Source: Patescibacteria group bacterium
GTDB taxonomy: Bacteria; Patescibacteriota; Minisyncoccia; Phycocordibacterales; JAKFXT01
Assembly: GCA_021731245.1 (NCBI GenBank)
Contig: JAKFXT010000002.1
Span: 24,164 to 88,163, forward strand
Direction: 5' to 3'
DNA: 64,000 nucleotides
Below the pieces are notes generated by a model. The model was not told where the DNA came from, searched no databases, and was given only the letters and a program-made list of their open reading frames with translations. A program made the position numbers and the translations under genes. Shown one piece after another: positions 11,460-21,852 of the stretch; position 1 is the stretch's first letter, and each line of letters begins with the position of its first letter.

Positions 11460-12551
11460 ATGTCTTTATCTGTTGGAATTGTCGGTTTACCAAATGTGGG
11501 GAAATCCACGCTTTTTAATGCATTAACTAAGAACTCTGTTCCTGCAGAAAATTATCCATTTTGTACTATTGATCCATCAGTAGGGATTGTACCCGTGCCT
11601 GATGAAAGACTTTGGAAATTATCTGAATTTTCTAAATCAGCTAAGACACTTCCTGCGGTAGTGGAATTCGTAGATATTGCGGGATTAGTAAAAGGTGCAT
11701 CCGAGGGGCAAGGTCTTGGTAATAAGTTTTTGGCAAATATAAGAGAGACGGACGCAATACTGGAAGTGGTGAGAATATTTGAGAATGCTGATGTGATACA
11801 CGTGGACGGAGGGATAAATCCAATAAGAGATATAGGTGTAATAAATCTTGAATTAATGCTATCGGACTTGGATACAGTAAATAAAAGACTTGGAAATGTG
11901 GAGCGTGATAAAAAAAGAGGTGAAAAAAGTGCTGTAATAGAATTTGATGCATTAGCAAAAATTAAAGCAGCTTTAGAATCTGAAAAAATGGCACACACAA
12001 TTACACTTGATGAAAAAGAGCAACCTTTGATAAAACAATTAAACCTTTTGACCAATAAGCCAATTCTCTACGCTCTTAATAAACAACAGGGTGGAAAAAA
12101 CATTGATGAGAATAATAAAGAAGAATTTAATAAATTAATTGAATATATAAAAAGTATAGGTGGAAATTATTTAGTATTTGACGCTAAGACAGAAGATGAA
12201 CTCAAAGAGTTTAGCGAAGAAGAAAAAAAAGAATTGCAAAGCAATACCGATATTAGCGGAGTAAACAATTTGATTAAGAAATCTTACGAGTTACTTAATC
12301 TCATTACTTATTTCACAACAGGTGAAGATGAAAGCAGGGCTTGGACTATTAAGAAAAATTCAACGGCACCAATTGCGGGCACGGCCATTCATAATGATTT
12401 CAAAGATAAATTTATAAGAGCAGAAGTTATTTTCTGGAGTGAATTACTAGAAAGTGGCTCATATGCAGTCGCTCGTGAAAAAGGATTAGTCAGAATTGAA
12501 GGTAAGGAATATATAGTCAAAGATGGGGACGTCGTAGAGTTTAGGATTTAA
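11460..12551 (+). CDS. ychF: Redox-regulated ATPase YchF
   Basis: GIVGLPNVGKSTLFN, NYPFCTIDP, DIAGLVKGAS, EGKEYIVKDGD. Confidence 0.97.
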   Translation: MSLSVGIVGLPNVGKSTLFNALTKNSVPAENYPFCTIDPSVGIVPVPDERLWKLSEFSKSAKTLPAVVEFVDIAGLVKGASEGQGLGNKFLANIRETDAILEVVRIFENADVIHVDGGINPIRDIGVINLELMLSDLDTVNKRLGNVERDKKRGEKSAVIEFDALAKIKAALESEKMAHTITLDEKEQPLIKQLNLLTNKPILYALNKQQGGKNIDENNKEEFNKLIEYIKSIGGNYLVFDAKTEDELKEFSEEEKKELQSNTDISGVNNLIKKSYELLNLITYFTTGEDESRAWTIKKNSTAPIAGTAIHNDFKDKFIRAEVIFWSELLESGSYAVAREKGLVRIEGKEYIVKDGDVVEFRI

Positions 12552-12578
12552 AAAAAGAAACCCCACCGAAGTGGGATT
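12552..12578. terminator. Intrinsic terminator between convergent genes
   Basis: A-run then CCCAC-CGAA-GTGGG. Confidence 0.55.
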
Positions 12579-12868
12579 CAATAGCCGCCTTCTGTTTTCG
12601 GCTTCTCAAGCTCTGATATCTTTTCTAGCCAATCCGTTTTTGATACCCGGTACGATCCAGGGAGGACATGGGTGACGAATCCTTCTTCGTCTTCATCGGG
12701 AGTTGCTAGACGAGTACGGTAGAAAATCGCAGAAGCAATTTTCCCATCCCAGAAGGTGTTTTGCCAGTCTATCGAACGCCCTGTTTCTTGTACTCTAGAT
12801 TTTACTGATGTGGGTGGACATAAAGGTGCGGAGTAGTTCCACCAGTCGTATTCTTCCATCATCCTCAT
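12578..12868 (-). CDS. Orphan hypothetical protein
   Basis: 96-aa ORF, AGGAGA upstream, higher GC than flanks. Confidence 0.6.
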   Translation of the reverse strand: MRMMEEYDWWNYSAPLCPPTSVKSRVQETGRSIDWQNTFWDGKIASAIFYRTRLATPDEDEEGFVTHVLPGSYRVSKTDWLEKISELEKPKTEGGY

Positions 12869-12975
12869 GGAGGTGTCTCCTTGTGGCTGTCTTATGCCAA
12901 TAAAACATATAAAATATCTATAATCAAACTAGGAAAAATATTGTCATATTGCCTATAAACAAGTATATTTTCTTA

Positions 12976-15825
12976 ATGATTTCGTACGACCATAAGAAAA
13001 TTGAAAAAAAGTGGCAAGCTATTTGGGAAAAAACCAAAGCTTTTAAAGCTAAATTTCCTTCAAAAACAAAGAAATTTTATGGTCTTATAGAATTCCCGTA
13101 CCCATCAGGTGATGGACTCCACGTGGGGCATATTAGAAGTAATACCGCTATGGATATTATTTCTAGAAAGCGTCGTGCTGAAGGATATAACGTACTTTAC
13201 CCAATGGGCTGGGACGCCTTCGGACTTCCTACAGAAAACTATGCGATTAAGACGGGAATTCATCCTGCTATTGTCACGAAGCAAAATACAGACACATTCC
13301 GAAAACAATTAAAAAATTTAGGATTCTCTTTTGATTGGGATAGAGAAATAAATACAACGGACCCAAAATATTATAAATGGACACAGTGGATTTTCTTACA
13401 ATTATTTAAAAAAGGCTTAGCTTATAAAGCCACTATACCTATTAATTGGTGTTTGAACTGTAAAGTTGGTTTAGCGAACGAAGAGGTGGTAGACGGAAAA
13501 TGCGAAAGATGTGGGGGACCAACAGAAAAAAGAGACAAAGAACAGTGGATGCTTGCTATTACTAAGTATGCTGACCGATTGGATAAAGATTTGGATTCCG
13601 TTGATTATTTACCGCAAATAAAAACACAACAGAGAAATTGGATAGGGCGTTCTGTAGGGGCTGAAATTGAATTTAAAATAAAAGGGACTGATAGTAGTTT
13701 AAAAGTTTTTACTACAAGACCAGATACGCTTTTTGGTGCCACATATGTAGTAATTGCACCAGAGCATAAAATTATAGATACGCTTAAAAATAAAATTAAT
13801 AATGCTCTTGAAGTGGGTATGTATGTGCAACTTGCAGCCAATCAAAATGAGATGGAACGTCTTGCAGAAGGTAAGGAAAAAACAGGTGTAGAAATAAAAG
13901 GAATTAAAGCAATTAATCCTGCAAATGGAGAAGAGCTTCCTGTTTATGTAGCTGACTATGTTTTATCTACATATGGTACGGGGGCAATAATGGCAGTTCC
14001 AGCGCACGATGAGAGGGATTATGAATTCGCTAAGAAGCTTAGTTTGCCAATCAAAGAAGTTGTAATACCAAGCAGAATAGATAGAAATAATCCACCGCGT
14101 AAAGAAGGTAAAAAAACAGTAGAAAGGACCAATGTTCATGCCATTATTAGAAATCCAAAGAATGGAAATATTTTGTGTTTAAAATGGAAAAAACAACCGT
14201 GGATTACTTTTCCTATGGGTGGAGTTGAAAAGGGAGAGGATTTGGTGGAAGCGGCTAGACGTGAGGCACGAGAAGAAACCGGCTATACCAACTTAAAGTT
14301 GGTGAAAGTCATGGGAGGTCTTGTTAAAGCTGAATATTTTGCGACGCATAAAAATGAAAACAGAGTGTCTTGGACCAACGCCGTAATGTTTGATTTAAGT
14401 GATGAATTTCAAGAAGAAAGGAGCGAGGAAGAAAAAAATAATTATGACCTTGTTTGGTTTTCTAAAAATGAAATAACTTATCCAAAAATAGTCCACGCAG
14501 AACTCGATATATGGTTATCACGTTGGGATAAAGAAGATTTTACATATATAGAGGAGGGTGTACTTATAAATTCTGGAAAGTTTGATGGAATGGAAAGTGA
14601 AAAAGCTAAGTCAGAAATTACAAAATTTGTTAAAGGTAAAAAAGTTACTAAATTTAAACTCCGTGATTGGGTTTTTTCCCGTCAAAGATATTGGGGGGAG
14701 CCGATACCTGTAATTAATTGTAAGAAATGTGGGCTTGTTCCAGTGCCCGAAAAACAACTTCCTGTATTACTGCCTGATGTAAAAAATTATAAGCCAACTG
14801 ATAATGGAGAATCTCCACTTGCAAATATTAATTATTGGGTAAATGTGAATTGCCCAAAGTGTAAAGGTAAAGCAAAAAGAGAAACTGATGTTATGCCAAA
14901 CTGGGCCGGGTCCTCTTGGTACTTCCTTCGTTATACGGACTCAAAAAATAATAAGGAATTTGCCTCTAAAAAGGCGCTTAAATACTTCACGCCCATTGAT
15001 TGGTACAACGGAGGAATGGAACACACTACACTACATCTTCTTTATTCAAGATTTTGGCACAAGTTTTTGTTTGATTTGAAATTAGTGCCAACAAAGGAAC
15101 CTTATCAAAAAAGGACTTCACATGGACTTATTCTTGCAGAAGGAGGAGTTAAAATGAGCAAGTCAAAAGGGAACGTTATTAACCCAGACACAATAGTAGA
15201 AAATGTCGGGGCGGACACTCTTCGTTTGTATGAAATGTTTATGGGTCCATTTGATCAAGCTATTGCTTGGAATGAAGACAGTATGGTTGGATGCCGCAGG
15301 TTTATAGAAAGAGTTATAAAACTAAGTGAAAAAATTAAGAATATACCAAATAAAAATGGAGATGAAACACTTGAAGTCTTAATAAATCAAACTATAAAGA
15401 AGGTGACTGAAGATATTGAGAGTATGAAGTTTAATACTGCCGTGAGTGCCATGATGATACTCTGTAATGAATTTGAAAAAAGAGAATTTATTTCAAAAAA
15501 TGAATTTGAAGTGTTTATAAAAATACTTTCTCCATTTACACCGCACATAACAGAAGAGCTCTGGCAGAACATTGGCAATAAAGGAAGTGTCCATTCTGTA
15601 AAATGGTCCGTATTTAATAAAAATAAATTATTAAATGATGAAGTTAATATTTCAGTTTCGGTGAACGGTAAAAGTAGGGGAATCGTAAAAGCAAAAAATG
15701 ATGCCACGGAAGAAGATGTTATACGTTTAGCAAAGAAGAATTCTGAAATAGAGAAGTGGATTAAAGAGTATGAGAAAGTTATATACGTTAAGGGTAAAAT
15801 TATAAATTTCGTAACAGGTAAATAA
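12976..15825 (+). CDS. leuS: Leucine--tRNA ligase with internal NUDIX domain
   Basis: FPYPSGDGLHVGH, GWDAFGLP, FTTRPDT, SRQRYWG, KMSKS; Nudix box insertion. Confidence 0.97.
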   Translation: MISYDHKKIEKKWQAIWEKTKAFKAKFPSKTKKFYGLIEFPYPSGDGLHVGHIRSNTAMDIISRKRRAEGYNVLYPMGWDAFGLPTENYAIKTGIHPAIVTKQNTDTFRKQLKNLGFSFDWDREINTTDPKYYKWTQWIFLQLFKKGLAYKATIPINWCLNCKVGLANEEVVDGKCERCGGPTEKRDKEQWMLAITKYADRLDKDLDSVDYLPQIKTQQRNWIGRSVGAEIEFKIKGTDSSLKVFTTRPDTLFGATYVVIAPEHKIIDTLKNKINNALEVGMYVQLAANQNEMERLAEGKEKTGVEIKGIKAINPANGEELPVYVADYVLSTYGTGAIMAVPAHDERDYEFAKKLSLPIKEVVIPSRIDRNNPPRKEGKKTVERTNVHAIIRNPKNGNILCLKWKKQPWITFPMGGVEKGEDLVEAARREAREETGYTNLKLVKVMGGLVKAEYFATHKNENRVSWTNAVMFDLSDEFQEERSEEEKNNYDLVWFSKNEITYPKIVHAELDIWLSRWDKEDFTYIEEGVLINSGKFDGMESEKAKSEITKFVKGKKVTKFKLRDWVFSRQRYWGEPIPVINCKKCGLVPVPEKQLPVLLPDVKNYKPTDNGESPLANINYWVNVNCPKCKGKAKRETDVMPNWAGSSWYFLRYTDSKNNKEFASKKALKYFTPIDWYNGGMEHTTLHLLYSRFWHKFLFDLKLVPTKEPYQKRTSHGLILAEGGVKMSKSKGNVINPDTIVENVGADTLRLYEMFMGPFDQAIAWNEDSMVGCRRFIERVIKLSEKIKNIPNKNGDETLEVLINQTIKKVTEDIESMKFNTAVSAMMILCNEFEKREFISKNEFEVFIKILSPFTPHITEELWQNIGNKGSVHSVKWSVFNKNKLLNDEVNISVSVNGKSRGIVKAKNDATEEDVIRLAKKNSEIEKWIKEYEKVIYVKGKIINFVTGK

Positions 15826-15828
15826 TAT

Positions 15829-15963
15829 ATGGAATCGTTTTGGGGTCTGCTTTTTTTCGTTTTTAGAATGGGGTTCTTTTTCTTATTTGGGATTATTATG
15901 TTGCCGGCTATGGGCCTAGTACTAGTCTTTTGGGATCCTTGGATGAGCCTCATTGAGGACTAA
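15829..15963 (+). CDS. Small hydrophobic protein, 44 aa (not in ORF track)
   Basis: MESFWGLLFFVFRMGFFFLFGIIMLPAMGLVLVFWDPWMSLIED*, starting 3 nt after leuS. Confidence 0.55.
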   Translation: MESFWGLLFFVFRMGFFFLFGIIMLPAMGLVLVFWDPWMSLIED

Positions 15964-16046
15964 ATGTTGTGTAATTTGGTACCCTTGACGAAGAAAGGTT
16001 GAGGTGGTAGAAATAGGTCTGTTACGAGATTCTTTACTCCGTATTC

Positions 16047-17078
16047 ATGTCTATCAAACTTACATTTAAACCAAAACAAGTAGTCAAAAGGCTTTTGTCA
16101 GCCCTTCCTCCACGTGCCTCCGACGTGGTTGTTAATCGTTATGGTCTTGGAAAAACACCAGAAAGAATGACACTTGAAGCTATTGGAAAGAACTACAAAA
16201 TCACCAGAGAAAGAGTTCGTCAGATTGAGAATTACTCTTTTGGTGTTATAAGGAAATCTCCACTTTATAATAAAGAAAAAGCTATTTTTGATGAGTTACA
16301 AACAGTGGTGGATGAGATGGGCAATGTCGTTTCGGAACATCATCTTTTGAAAAATATTTCTGAAGATTTGAGTACGCAAAATAATATACACTTTCTACTA
16401 GTGTTGGGAGATGCTTTCAAGAAAAGAAAAGAGGATGAACATTTTAATCACCGCTGGTTTGTGGATGATTCTTTGGCTAATAAAGTTGAAACGGCTTTGA
16501 AGAAACTTTATGAGACACTTGAAGATGAGGCTATTATACCGGAGTCAGAAATGATCTCTACATTTTTAGATAGTTTGAAAGAAATTTCAGAAAAATACAG
16601 AAACGATGAAATAGCCAAAAGATGGCTAGGTTTGTCTAAAAAAATTGGACATAATCCACTTGGAGAATGGGGCATCTCTCATTCTTCAAATATAAAAGCT
16701 AAGGGTATGCGTGACTTCGCCTATCTTTCTATTCGTCGTCACGGATCCCCAATGCACTTTACTGAAGTTGCCAAGTCTATAAAACAGCTTTTTGATCGTG
16801 AGGCTCATGTTGCAACATGCCATAACGAACTTATAAAGGATAAGAGGTTTGTTTTGGTTGGACGTGGGCTTTATGCGCTTTCTGAATGGGGCTACTCATC
16901 TGGTGTTGTAAAAGATGTTATTCGCGAAATAATAAAGAAATATGGGCCACTTAGTAAACAAGAGGTGGTAGATAAAGTTTTGAAAGAAAGATATGTAAAG
17001 GAAAATACTATTGCCGTGAACTTACAAAACCCAAAGTTTTTCAAAAAGAATAAAGAGGGTAAGTATAGTATTGTTTAA
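16047..17078 (+). CDS. Sigma-70 region-4 HTH plus C-terminal winged-HTH (HARE-HTH/RNAP delta-like) protein
   Basis: RYGL...TLEAIG..YKITRERVRQIE; C-terminal HNELIKDKRFVLVGRGLYALSEW. Confidence 0.8.
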   Translation: MSIKLTFKPKQVVKRLLSALPPRASDVVVNRYGLGKTPERMTLEAIGKNYKITRERVRQIENYSFGVIRKSPLYNKEKAIFDELQTVVDEMGNVVSEHHLLKNISEDLSTQNNIHFLLVLGDAFKKRKEDEHFNHRWFVDDSLANKVETALKKLYETLEDEAIIPESEMISTFLDSLKEISEKYRNDEIAKRWLGLSKKIGHNPLGEWGISHSSNIKAKGMRDFAYLSIRRHGSPMHFTEVAKSIKQLFDREAHVATCHNELIKDKRFVLVGRGLYALSEWGYSSGVVKDVIREIIKKYGPLSKQEVVDKVLKERYVKENTIAVNLQNPKFFKKNKEGKYSIV

Positions 17079-17102
17079 TAAATTGTAATTTAATTAGTTA
17101 AC

Positions 17103-17131
17103 AAAAAATGACTCCTCAAGGGTCATTTTTT
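17103..17131. terminator. Bidirectional terminator-like hairpin
   Basis: AAAAAATGACTC-CTCAA-GGGTCATTTTTT. Confidence 0.6.
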
Positions 17132-17148
17132 GCGTTACAATATTGGGA

Positions 17149-18438
17149 ATGGATATTTTCATAGAACTTTTTAGAGAGACTATCAGTGTCTTTACAGGAC
17201 CTGAGTTTGCGCTTGCTTATAAGTTTGTTTATGTCACCTCTCCTTTTTGGCTACCTTTTTTCTTAGCAATTTCTTTTTGGTATGTTTGGGTAAATTATAT
17301 TAGATCGCGCTACATAGCTTCTTTGGAGTATATTTTACTTGAAATAAAATTACCACCAGAGGTATATAAATCACCGCTTGCAATGGAATTAGTTTTAAAT
17401 GGTCTGTACACCACTGCGGGAGAGACTGGTTGGTATAAACTTTATATAAGAGGTTCGACGAGAGCTTACTTTTCTTTTGAAATAGTTTCTCTCGAAGGGA
17501 ATGTTCATTTGTATGTTTGGGCAAGAAAAATAACTAAAAATATAATTGAATCACAATTTTATAGCCAATATCCTAATATAGAAATTACAGAAGTGCCTGA
17601 TTATACAGATATGGTAGCTCATTATGACCCCAGTATTTATAATTTGTGGGGTGCGCATTATAAATTGAAATTACCTGACCCATACCCAATAAAAACATAT
17701 TTAGATTTTGGATTAGAAAAAGACCCGAAAGAAGAATTTAAGGTGGATCCCTTATCGGCTGTTATTGAATATCTCAGTGTCTTAGGTAAAGGAGAATATG
17801 CCTGCTTCCAGTTTGTATTCCGTGCTCATAAAGAGAAGGCAAAAGGTGGGTCTTGGTTTAAGAAAACTACTTGGCAAGATGAGGCGCGAGAGATAATAGA
17901 TGAGATTTATGAAAACATGGAAAATGTTCAAGAAACCGAAGATGGCGAAAGGCGTTTTAGGCGCTCTCCTACAAAAGGAGAGAGTATGGCACTTGAAAGA
18001 TTGGAAAGAATTATAACCAAGCCCGCTTTTGATGTCGGTGTTAGGTCTTTATATTTTGCTAAACCGGAAAATTATAAAGGTGTTAATATTCCTGGACTTG
18101 TTAATATTTTTAAACAATTCGGTGGGGTTACTTTTGATGATAAGTCTCACAATCTAGCTTACTCATATAACACTTTGGCTATTTCAGGGGCTACTGATTA
18201 TGACTACCCTTGGCATGATTTTAGAAAAATAAGAGAAATGTCTAATCGTTATGAAATAGTTGACGCCTATAGAAGAAGACAGTTCTTCCATACTCCACAT
18301 AAGATGGATGAAGTTTTTGTCTTAAGTACGGAAGAATTGGCGACTTTGTTCCACCCAATTGGAACTGTATTACAGACATCTAATATTGAGCGTATTTCTT
18401 CACGCAAAGCTGAGCCGCCAAGAAATTTACCGAGATAG
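17149..18438 (+). CDS. Membrane-anchored hypothetical protein
   Basis: N-terminal TM, LLEIKLP, YSQYP.IEI.EV.DY, LSTEELATLFHP; resembles domains found with CPR coupling-type ATPases (from recall). Confidence 0.75.
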   Translation: MDIFIELFRETISVFTGPEFALAYKFVYVTSPFWLPFFLAISFWYVWVNYIRSRYIASLEYILLEIKLPPEVYKSPLAMELVLNGLYTTAGETGWYKLYIRGSTRAYFSFEIVSLEGNVHLYVWARKITKNIIESQFYSQYPNIEITEVPDYTDMVAHYDPSIYNLWGAHYKLKLPDPYPIKTYLDFGLEKDPKEEFKVDPLSAVIEYLSVLGKGEYACFQFVFRAHKEKAKGGSWFKKTTWQDEAREIIDEIYENMENVQETEDGERRFRRSPTKGESMALERLERIITKPAFDVGVRSLYFAKPENYKGVNIPGLVNIFKQFGGVTFDDKSHNLAYSYNTLAISGATDYDYPWHDFRKIREMSNRYEIVDAYRRRQFFHTPHKMDEVFVLSTEELATLFHPIGTVLQTSNIERISSRKAEPPRNLPR

Positions 18439-18442
18439 TTTT

Positions 18443-19414
18443 ATGCCCGAGTTCCTCATAAACAGGAAGCGCTTTTTCATCGCCCATTTCCTTTCAATGT
18501 GTTTTTTCTTATTTATTTTTTATGGAGTTTTTTTAAGTGCGCCTTATAATTTTCCAGTAGACAAAATGGTAGTTATTCCTAAAGGAACGACGGTTTTAGC
18601 TGCTGGGGAATTATTAAAAGAAAATAGAATTATTTCTTACCCATCAATTTTTTCAATGATTGTAAAAATTACAAGTCCTAACGATGCGATTATTGCTGGA
18701 GGATATATTTTTAGAGAGAGAGAAAGTGTCATAACTGTCGGTAGGCGCCTTGCCACAGGACGTCATGAGCTCGACACAATTAAGATTACCTTTCCTGAGG
18801 GTCTTACTGTTAAGGAAATGGCAAAATTATGTAAAGATAATTTGCCACTTTGTGATGAAAAAGAATTTATAAAATTGGGGGCCTCACTTGAAGGATATCT
18901 ATATCCTGATACTTATTTTTTTATTCAATCTTCAATTGCTGAAGATGTTATACAAATGATGAAAGATACTTTTAATCAAAAGATTCTACAACTTGATAAA
19001 GAAATAAAATCTTTCGATAAATCAGAGAAAGATATACTTATAATGGCTTCTATTTTAGAAAAGGAGGCACAAAACTTTGAAAATAGAAAAGCGGTGGCCA
19101 GTATTCTTTGGAAGAGAATTTCTATAGGTATGCCACTACAGGCTGATGCTACGCTTCAGTACGAAACTGGTAAAAATACCTATCAACTTACAACAGAAGA
19201 TTTGGCAAAAAAATCTCCTTACAACAGTTATACAAGTAAAGGTCTTCCTCCAACCCCAATAGCAAATCCTTCAATTGAATCTATAAGGGCGGCAATAACT
19301 ATAAAACCAACTAAGTATCTTTATTATTTGACTGATAAAAGCGGTAATTTCTACTTTGCAGAAACCCATGAACAGCATGTCATTAATAAGCAGAAATATC
19401 TTAATAGCTTTTAG
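18443..19414 (+). CDS. mltG: Endolytic transglycosylase MltG
   Basis: TFPEG, LEGYLYPDTY, MASILEKE, LQADAT, SPYNSY...GLPPTPIANP. Confidence 0.95.
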   Translation: MPEFLINRKRFFIAHFLSMCFFLFIFYGVFLSAPYNFPVDKMVVIPKGTTVLAAGELLKENRIISYPSIFSMIVKITSPNDAIIAGGYIFRERESVITVGRRLATGRHELDTIKITFPEGLTVKEMAKLCKDNLPLCDEKEFIKLGASLEGYLYPDTYFFIQSSIAEDVIQMMKDTFNQKILQLDKEIKSFDKSEKDILIMASILEKEAQNFENRKAVASILWKRISIGMPLQADATLQYETGKNTYQLTTEDLAKKSPYNSYTSKGLPPTPIANPSIESIRAAITIKPTKYLYYLTDKSGNFYFAETHEQHVINKQKYLNSF

Positions 19415-19455
19415 GCGCTAGCTTTAAGAAAAGAATAGGGTAATCTAGGTTCCGT

Positions 19456-20502
19456 ATGAATGTTAAAGGAAAAAAAGTGTTTGTTGGTATGTCAGGGGGC
19501 GTAGACTCATCGGTTTCAGCCTATCTACTTAAAAAAGCGGGATATGACGTTACAGGTGTTTTTATTAAGGTTTGGCAGCCAGACTTTGTTCCATGCACAT
19601 GGAAGGAAGATAGATTAGATGCTATGAGAGTGGCGGCCTCTTTAAATATTCCTTTTAAAACACTAAATCTGGAAAAAGAATATAAGGAAGGAGTTATTGA
19701 TTATATGATTGAAGAGTATAAAGCAGGAAGAACGCCTAATCCAGACGTTTTTTGTAATAAAGAAGTTAAATTTGGAGCTTTTTTAAATTGGGCAATTAAG
19801 AATGGGGCGAATTATGTGGCTACGGGTCACTATGCTCAAAATAAATCCCAGCTTTTAAAAGGGAAAGATGATAGTAAGGATCAGAGCTACTTTTTATGGA
19901 CGTTGACGGAAGAACAGTTAAAACATATTTTATTTCCAGTAGGGGGTATGAAAAAGACTGAGGTGAGGAAAATTGCAGAAAAAGCCGGACTTGCCACTGC
20001 AAATAAAAAAGATAGTCAGGGATTATGTTTTATTTCAAATATTGATATGAAGCAGTTTCTTAAGCATTTTATAAAAGAAAAAAAAGGAAACGTTATTGAT
20101 GAAAAGGGGAAAGTTTTAGGCAAACACAGTGGAGTGGTGTTTCATACAATTGGTGAAAGAGGGGGATTTGAAATTAATGAGGCAGCTCCGGACAATAAAC
20201 CCTATTATGTAGTGAAAAAAGATGTTTCAAAAAATGAAATTATTGTTTCCCATGTTCCACATGCGGGGGAATCTTTCAAATCAAAATTTTTGATTAATAA
20301 TATTAATTTTGTATCAAAAAAAGAAAATGACTTTAATTGCGTTGCTCAAATTCGTTATCATGGAGAATTTTTGCCGTGCCAAGTTTCACTAAATAAAAAA
20401 GAAAATACGGTGACTTTCAAAAAACCCACACTTGTTTCGTCTGGCCAATCAATTGTTTTTTACGACAAAGAGGTTTGCTTGGGAGGAGGGATAATAAATT
20501 AG
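19456..20502 (+). CDS. mnmA: tRNA 2-thiouridine(34) synthase
   Basis: MSGGVDSS, TPNPDVFCN, ATGHYA, KDQSYFL, DSQGLCF. Confidence 0.97.
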   Translation: MNVKGKKVFVGMSGGVDSSVSAYLLKKAGYDVTGVFIKVWQPDFVPCTWKEDRLDAMRVAASLNIPFKTLNLEKEYKEGVIDYMIEEYKAGRTPNPDVFCNKEVKFGAFLNWAIKNGANYVATGHYAQNKSQLLKGKDDSKDQSYFLWTLTEEQLKHILFPVGGMKKTEVRKIAEKAGLATANKKDSQGLCFISNIDMKQFLKHFIKEKKGNVIDEKGKVLGKHSGVVFHTIGERGGFEINEAAPDNKPYYVVKKDVSKNEIIVSHVPHAGESFKSKFLINNINFVSKKENDFNCVAQIRYHGEFLPCQVSLNKKENTVTFKKPTLVSSGQSIVFYDKEVCLGGGIIN

Positions 20503-20534
20503 CAGCTTTTTTACATATTGCTATAATGTCTGAA

Positions 20535-21374
20535 ATGAAAAAACCTCTATTGGTTCTAAAAGAAAATGGTGAACTTGAGGCATTTGATGCTTCTAAATTT
20601 GTACACTCTCTTCATCGCTCCGGTGCGTCTGACAAGACAATTACCACTCTTTTAAAAGAAGTTAGGAATGAATTACATCAAGGGATGCCAACCAATTTAA
20701 TCTATAGGAATGCTTACGACCAGTTAAGAAGACTCGAGAAACCGGCTGCTATGAGATATTCGCTTAAAAGAGCGGTACTAGACCTGGGACCATCAGGGTT
20801 TCCTTTTGAGGATTTTATAGGGGAAATATTTAAAGCTAAGGGTTTTAGCGTAGAAACGGGAGTTATGATGCAAGGATCTTGCGTTGAGCACGAAGTTGAT
20901 TTGGTGGCTACAAATGAAAAAAAGTCTATCGTTGGAGAAGTGAAGTTCCACAATGAACTCGGAATGAAATCCGACTTAAAAGTAGCTTTATATGTTAATT
21001 CGCGTGTTGAAGATTTAAAAAAATATAGAGCGGAGAGAGGAGAAAGGGCCATTGACGAAGGTTGGCTTATAACTAATACCAAATTTTCAAAACCCGCCGT
21101 GCACTATGCAAACTGCAAGGGCTTAAAAGTTTTAAGTTGGACATACCCTCGTTATGGGAATCTACAAGATTTAATTGAAGAGACTAAGATACATCCAATA
21201 ACGGCACTAACGACACTTTCTAGAGGTGAGAAGAATCAACTTTTACAAAACAAAATAGTTTTATGTAGAAATATAAATGAGAATGAAAAAGCACTTAAAT
21301 CAATTGGCATAAGTGGTCTGAAGCTTGGGCGCGTGCTTGAAGAAGGTAAAATGATGTGCGAAAATACTTTATAA
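20535..21374 (+). CDS. ATP-cone plus Mrr-like restriction endonuclease domain protein
   Basis: N-terminal KENGELEAFDASK ATP-cone; GFPFE, EVDLVA...GEVK PD-(D/E)xK, LITNTKFS; start inferred from TATAAT 7 nt upstream. Confidence 0.85.
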   Translation: MKKPLLVLKENGELEAFDASKFVHSLHRSGASDKTITTLLKEVRNELHQGMPTNLIYRNAYDQLRRLEKPAAMRYSLKRAVLDLGPSGFPFEDFIGEIFKAKGFSVETGVMMQGSCVEHEVDLVATNEKKSIVGEVKFHNELGMKSDLKVALYVNSRVEDLKKYRAERGERAIDEGWLITNTKFSKPAVHYANCKGLKVLSWTYPRYGNLQDLIEETKIHPITALTTLSRGEKNQLLQNKIVLCRNINENEKALKSIGISGLKLGRVLEEGKMMCENTL

Positions 21375-21375
21375 T

Positions 21376-21825
21376 ATGTTGGAATCTTTCTTTGCATTTA
21401 ACATTCCATTACTAATAAAACTTTTACTGGCTATTTTACTTGGTGGCTTGATTGGTGTTGAAAGAACCATGGCCAATAAAATGGCGGGGCTTCGAACCTA
21501 TGCATTCGTTTCACTTGGCTCATGCTTGCTTATAATTATTTCTTCTCTGACAACTGATAATTTTGTTAGTGTTACTGATTTTGACCCCCTTAGAATTGCT
21601 GCAGCCATAGTAATGGGAATCGGTTTTATTTGTGGAGGGGCTATCATTTATCACGATAATAGACTTTCAGGCTTAACTACTGCTGCTGGTATGTGGGTAG
21701 CTTCTGGTATTGGGGTTGCTGTTGGTTTTGGGTACTTTTCTCTTGCGATAATGACGACAGTTCTTACTTTATTTATTTTCTCTACTCTTTGGGAGGTAGA
21801 GGAGAAATTCAAAAAGAGTGAATAA
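21376..21825 (+). CDS. MgtC/SapB family membrane protein
   Basis: IGVER...AGLRT, DPLRIAA.IV.GIGF, GLTTAA..W. Confidence 0.93.
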   Translation: MLESFFAFNIPLLIKLLLAILLGGLIGVERTMANKMAGLRTYAFVSLGSCLLIIISSLTTDNFVSVTDFDPLRIAAAIVMGIGFICGGAIIYHDNRLSGLTTAAGMWVASGIGVAVGFGYFSLAIMTTVLTLFIFSTLWEVEEKFKKSE

Positions 21826-21852
21826 TTGTAAGCATGTTATAATTGCTTACAA

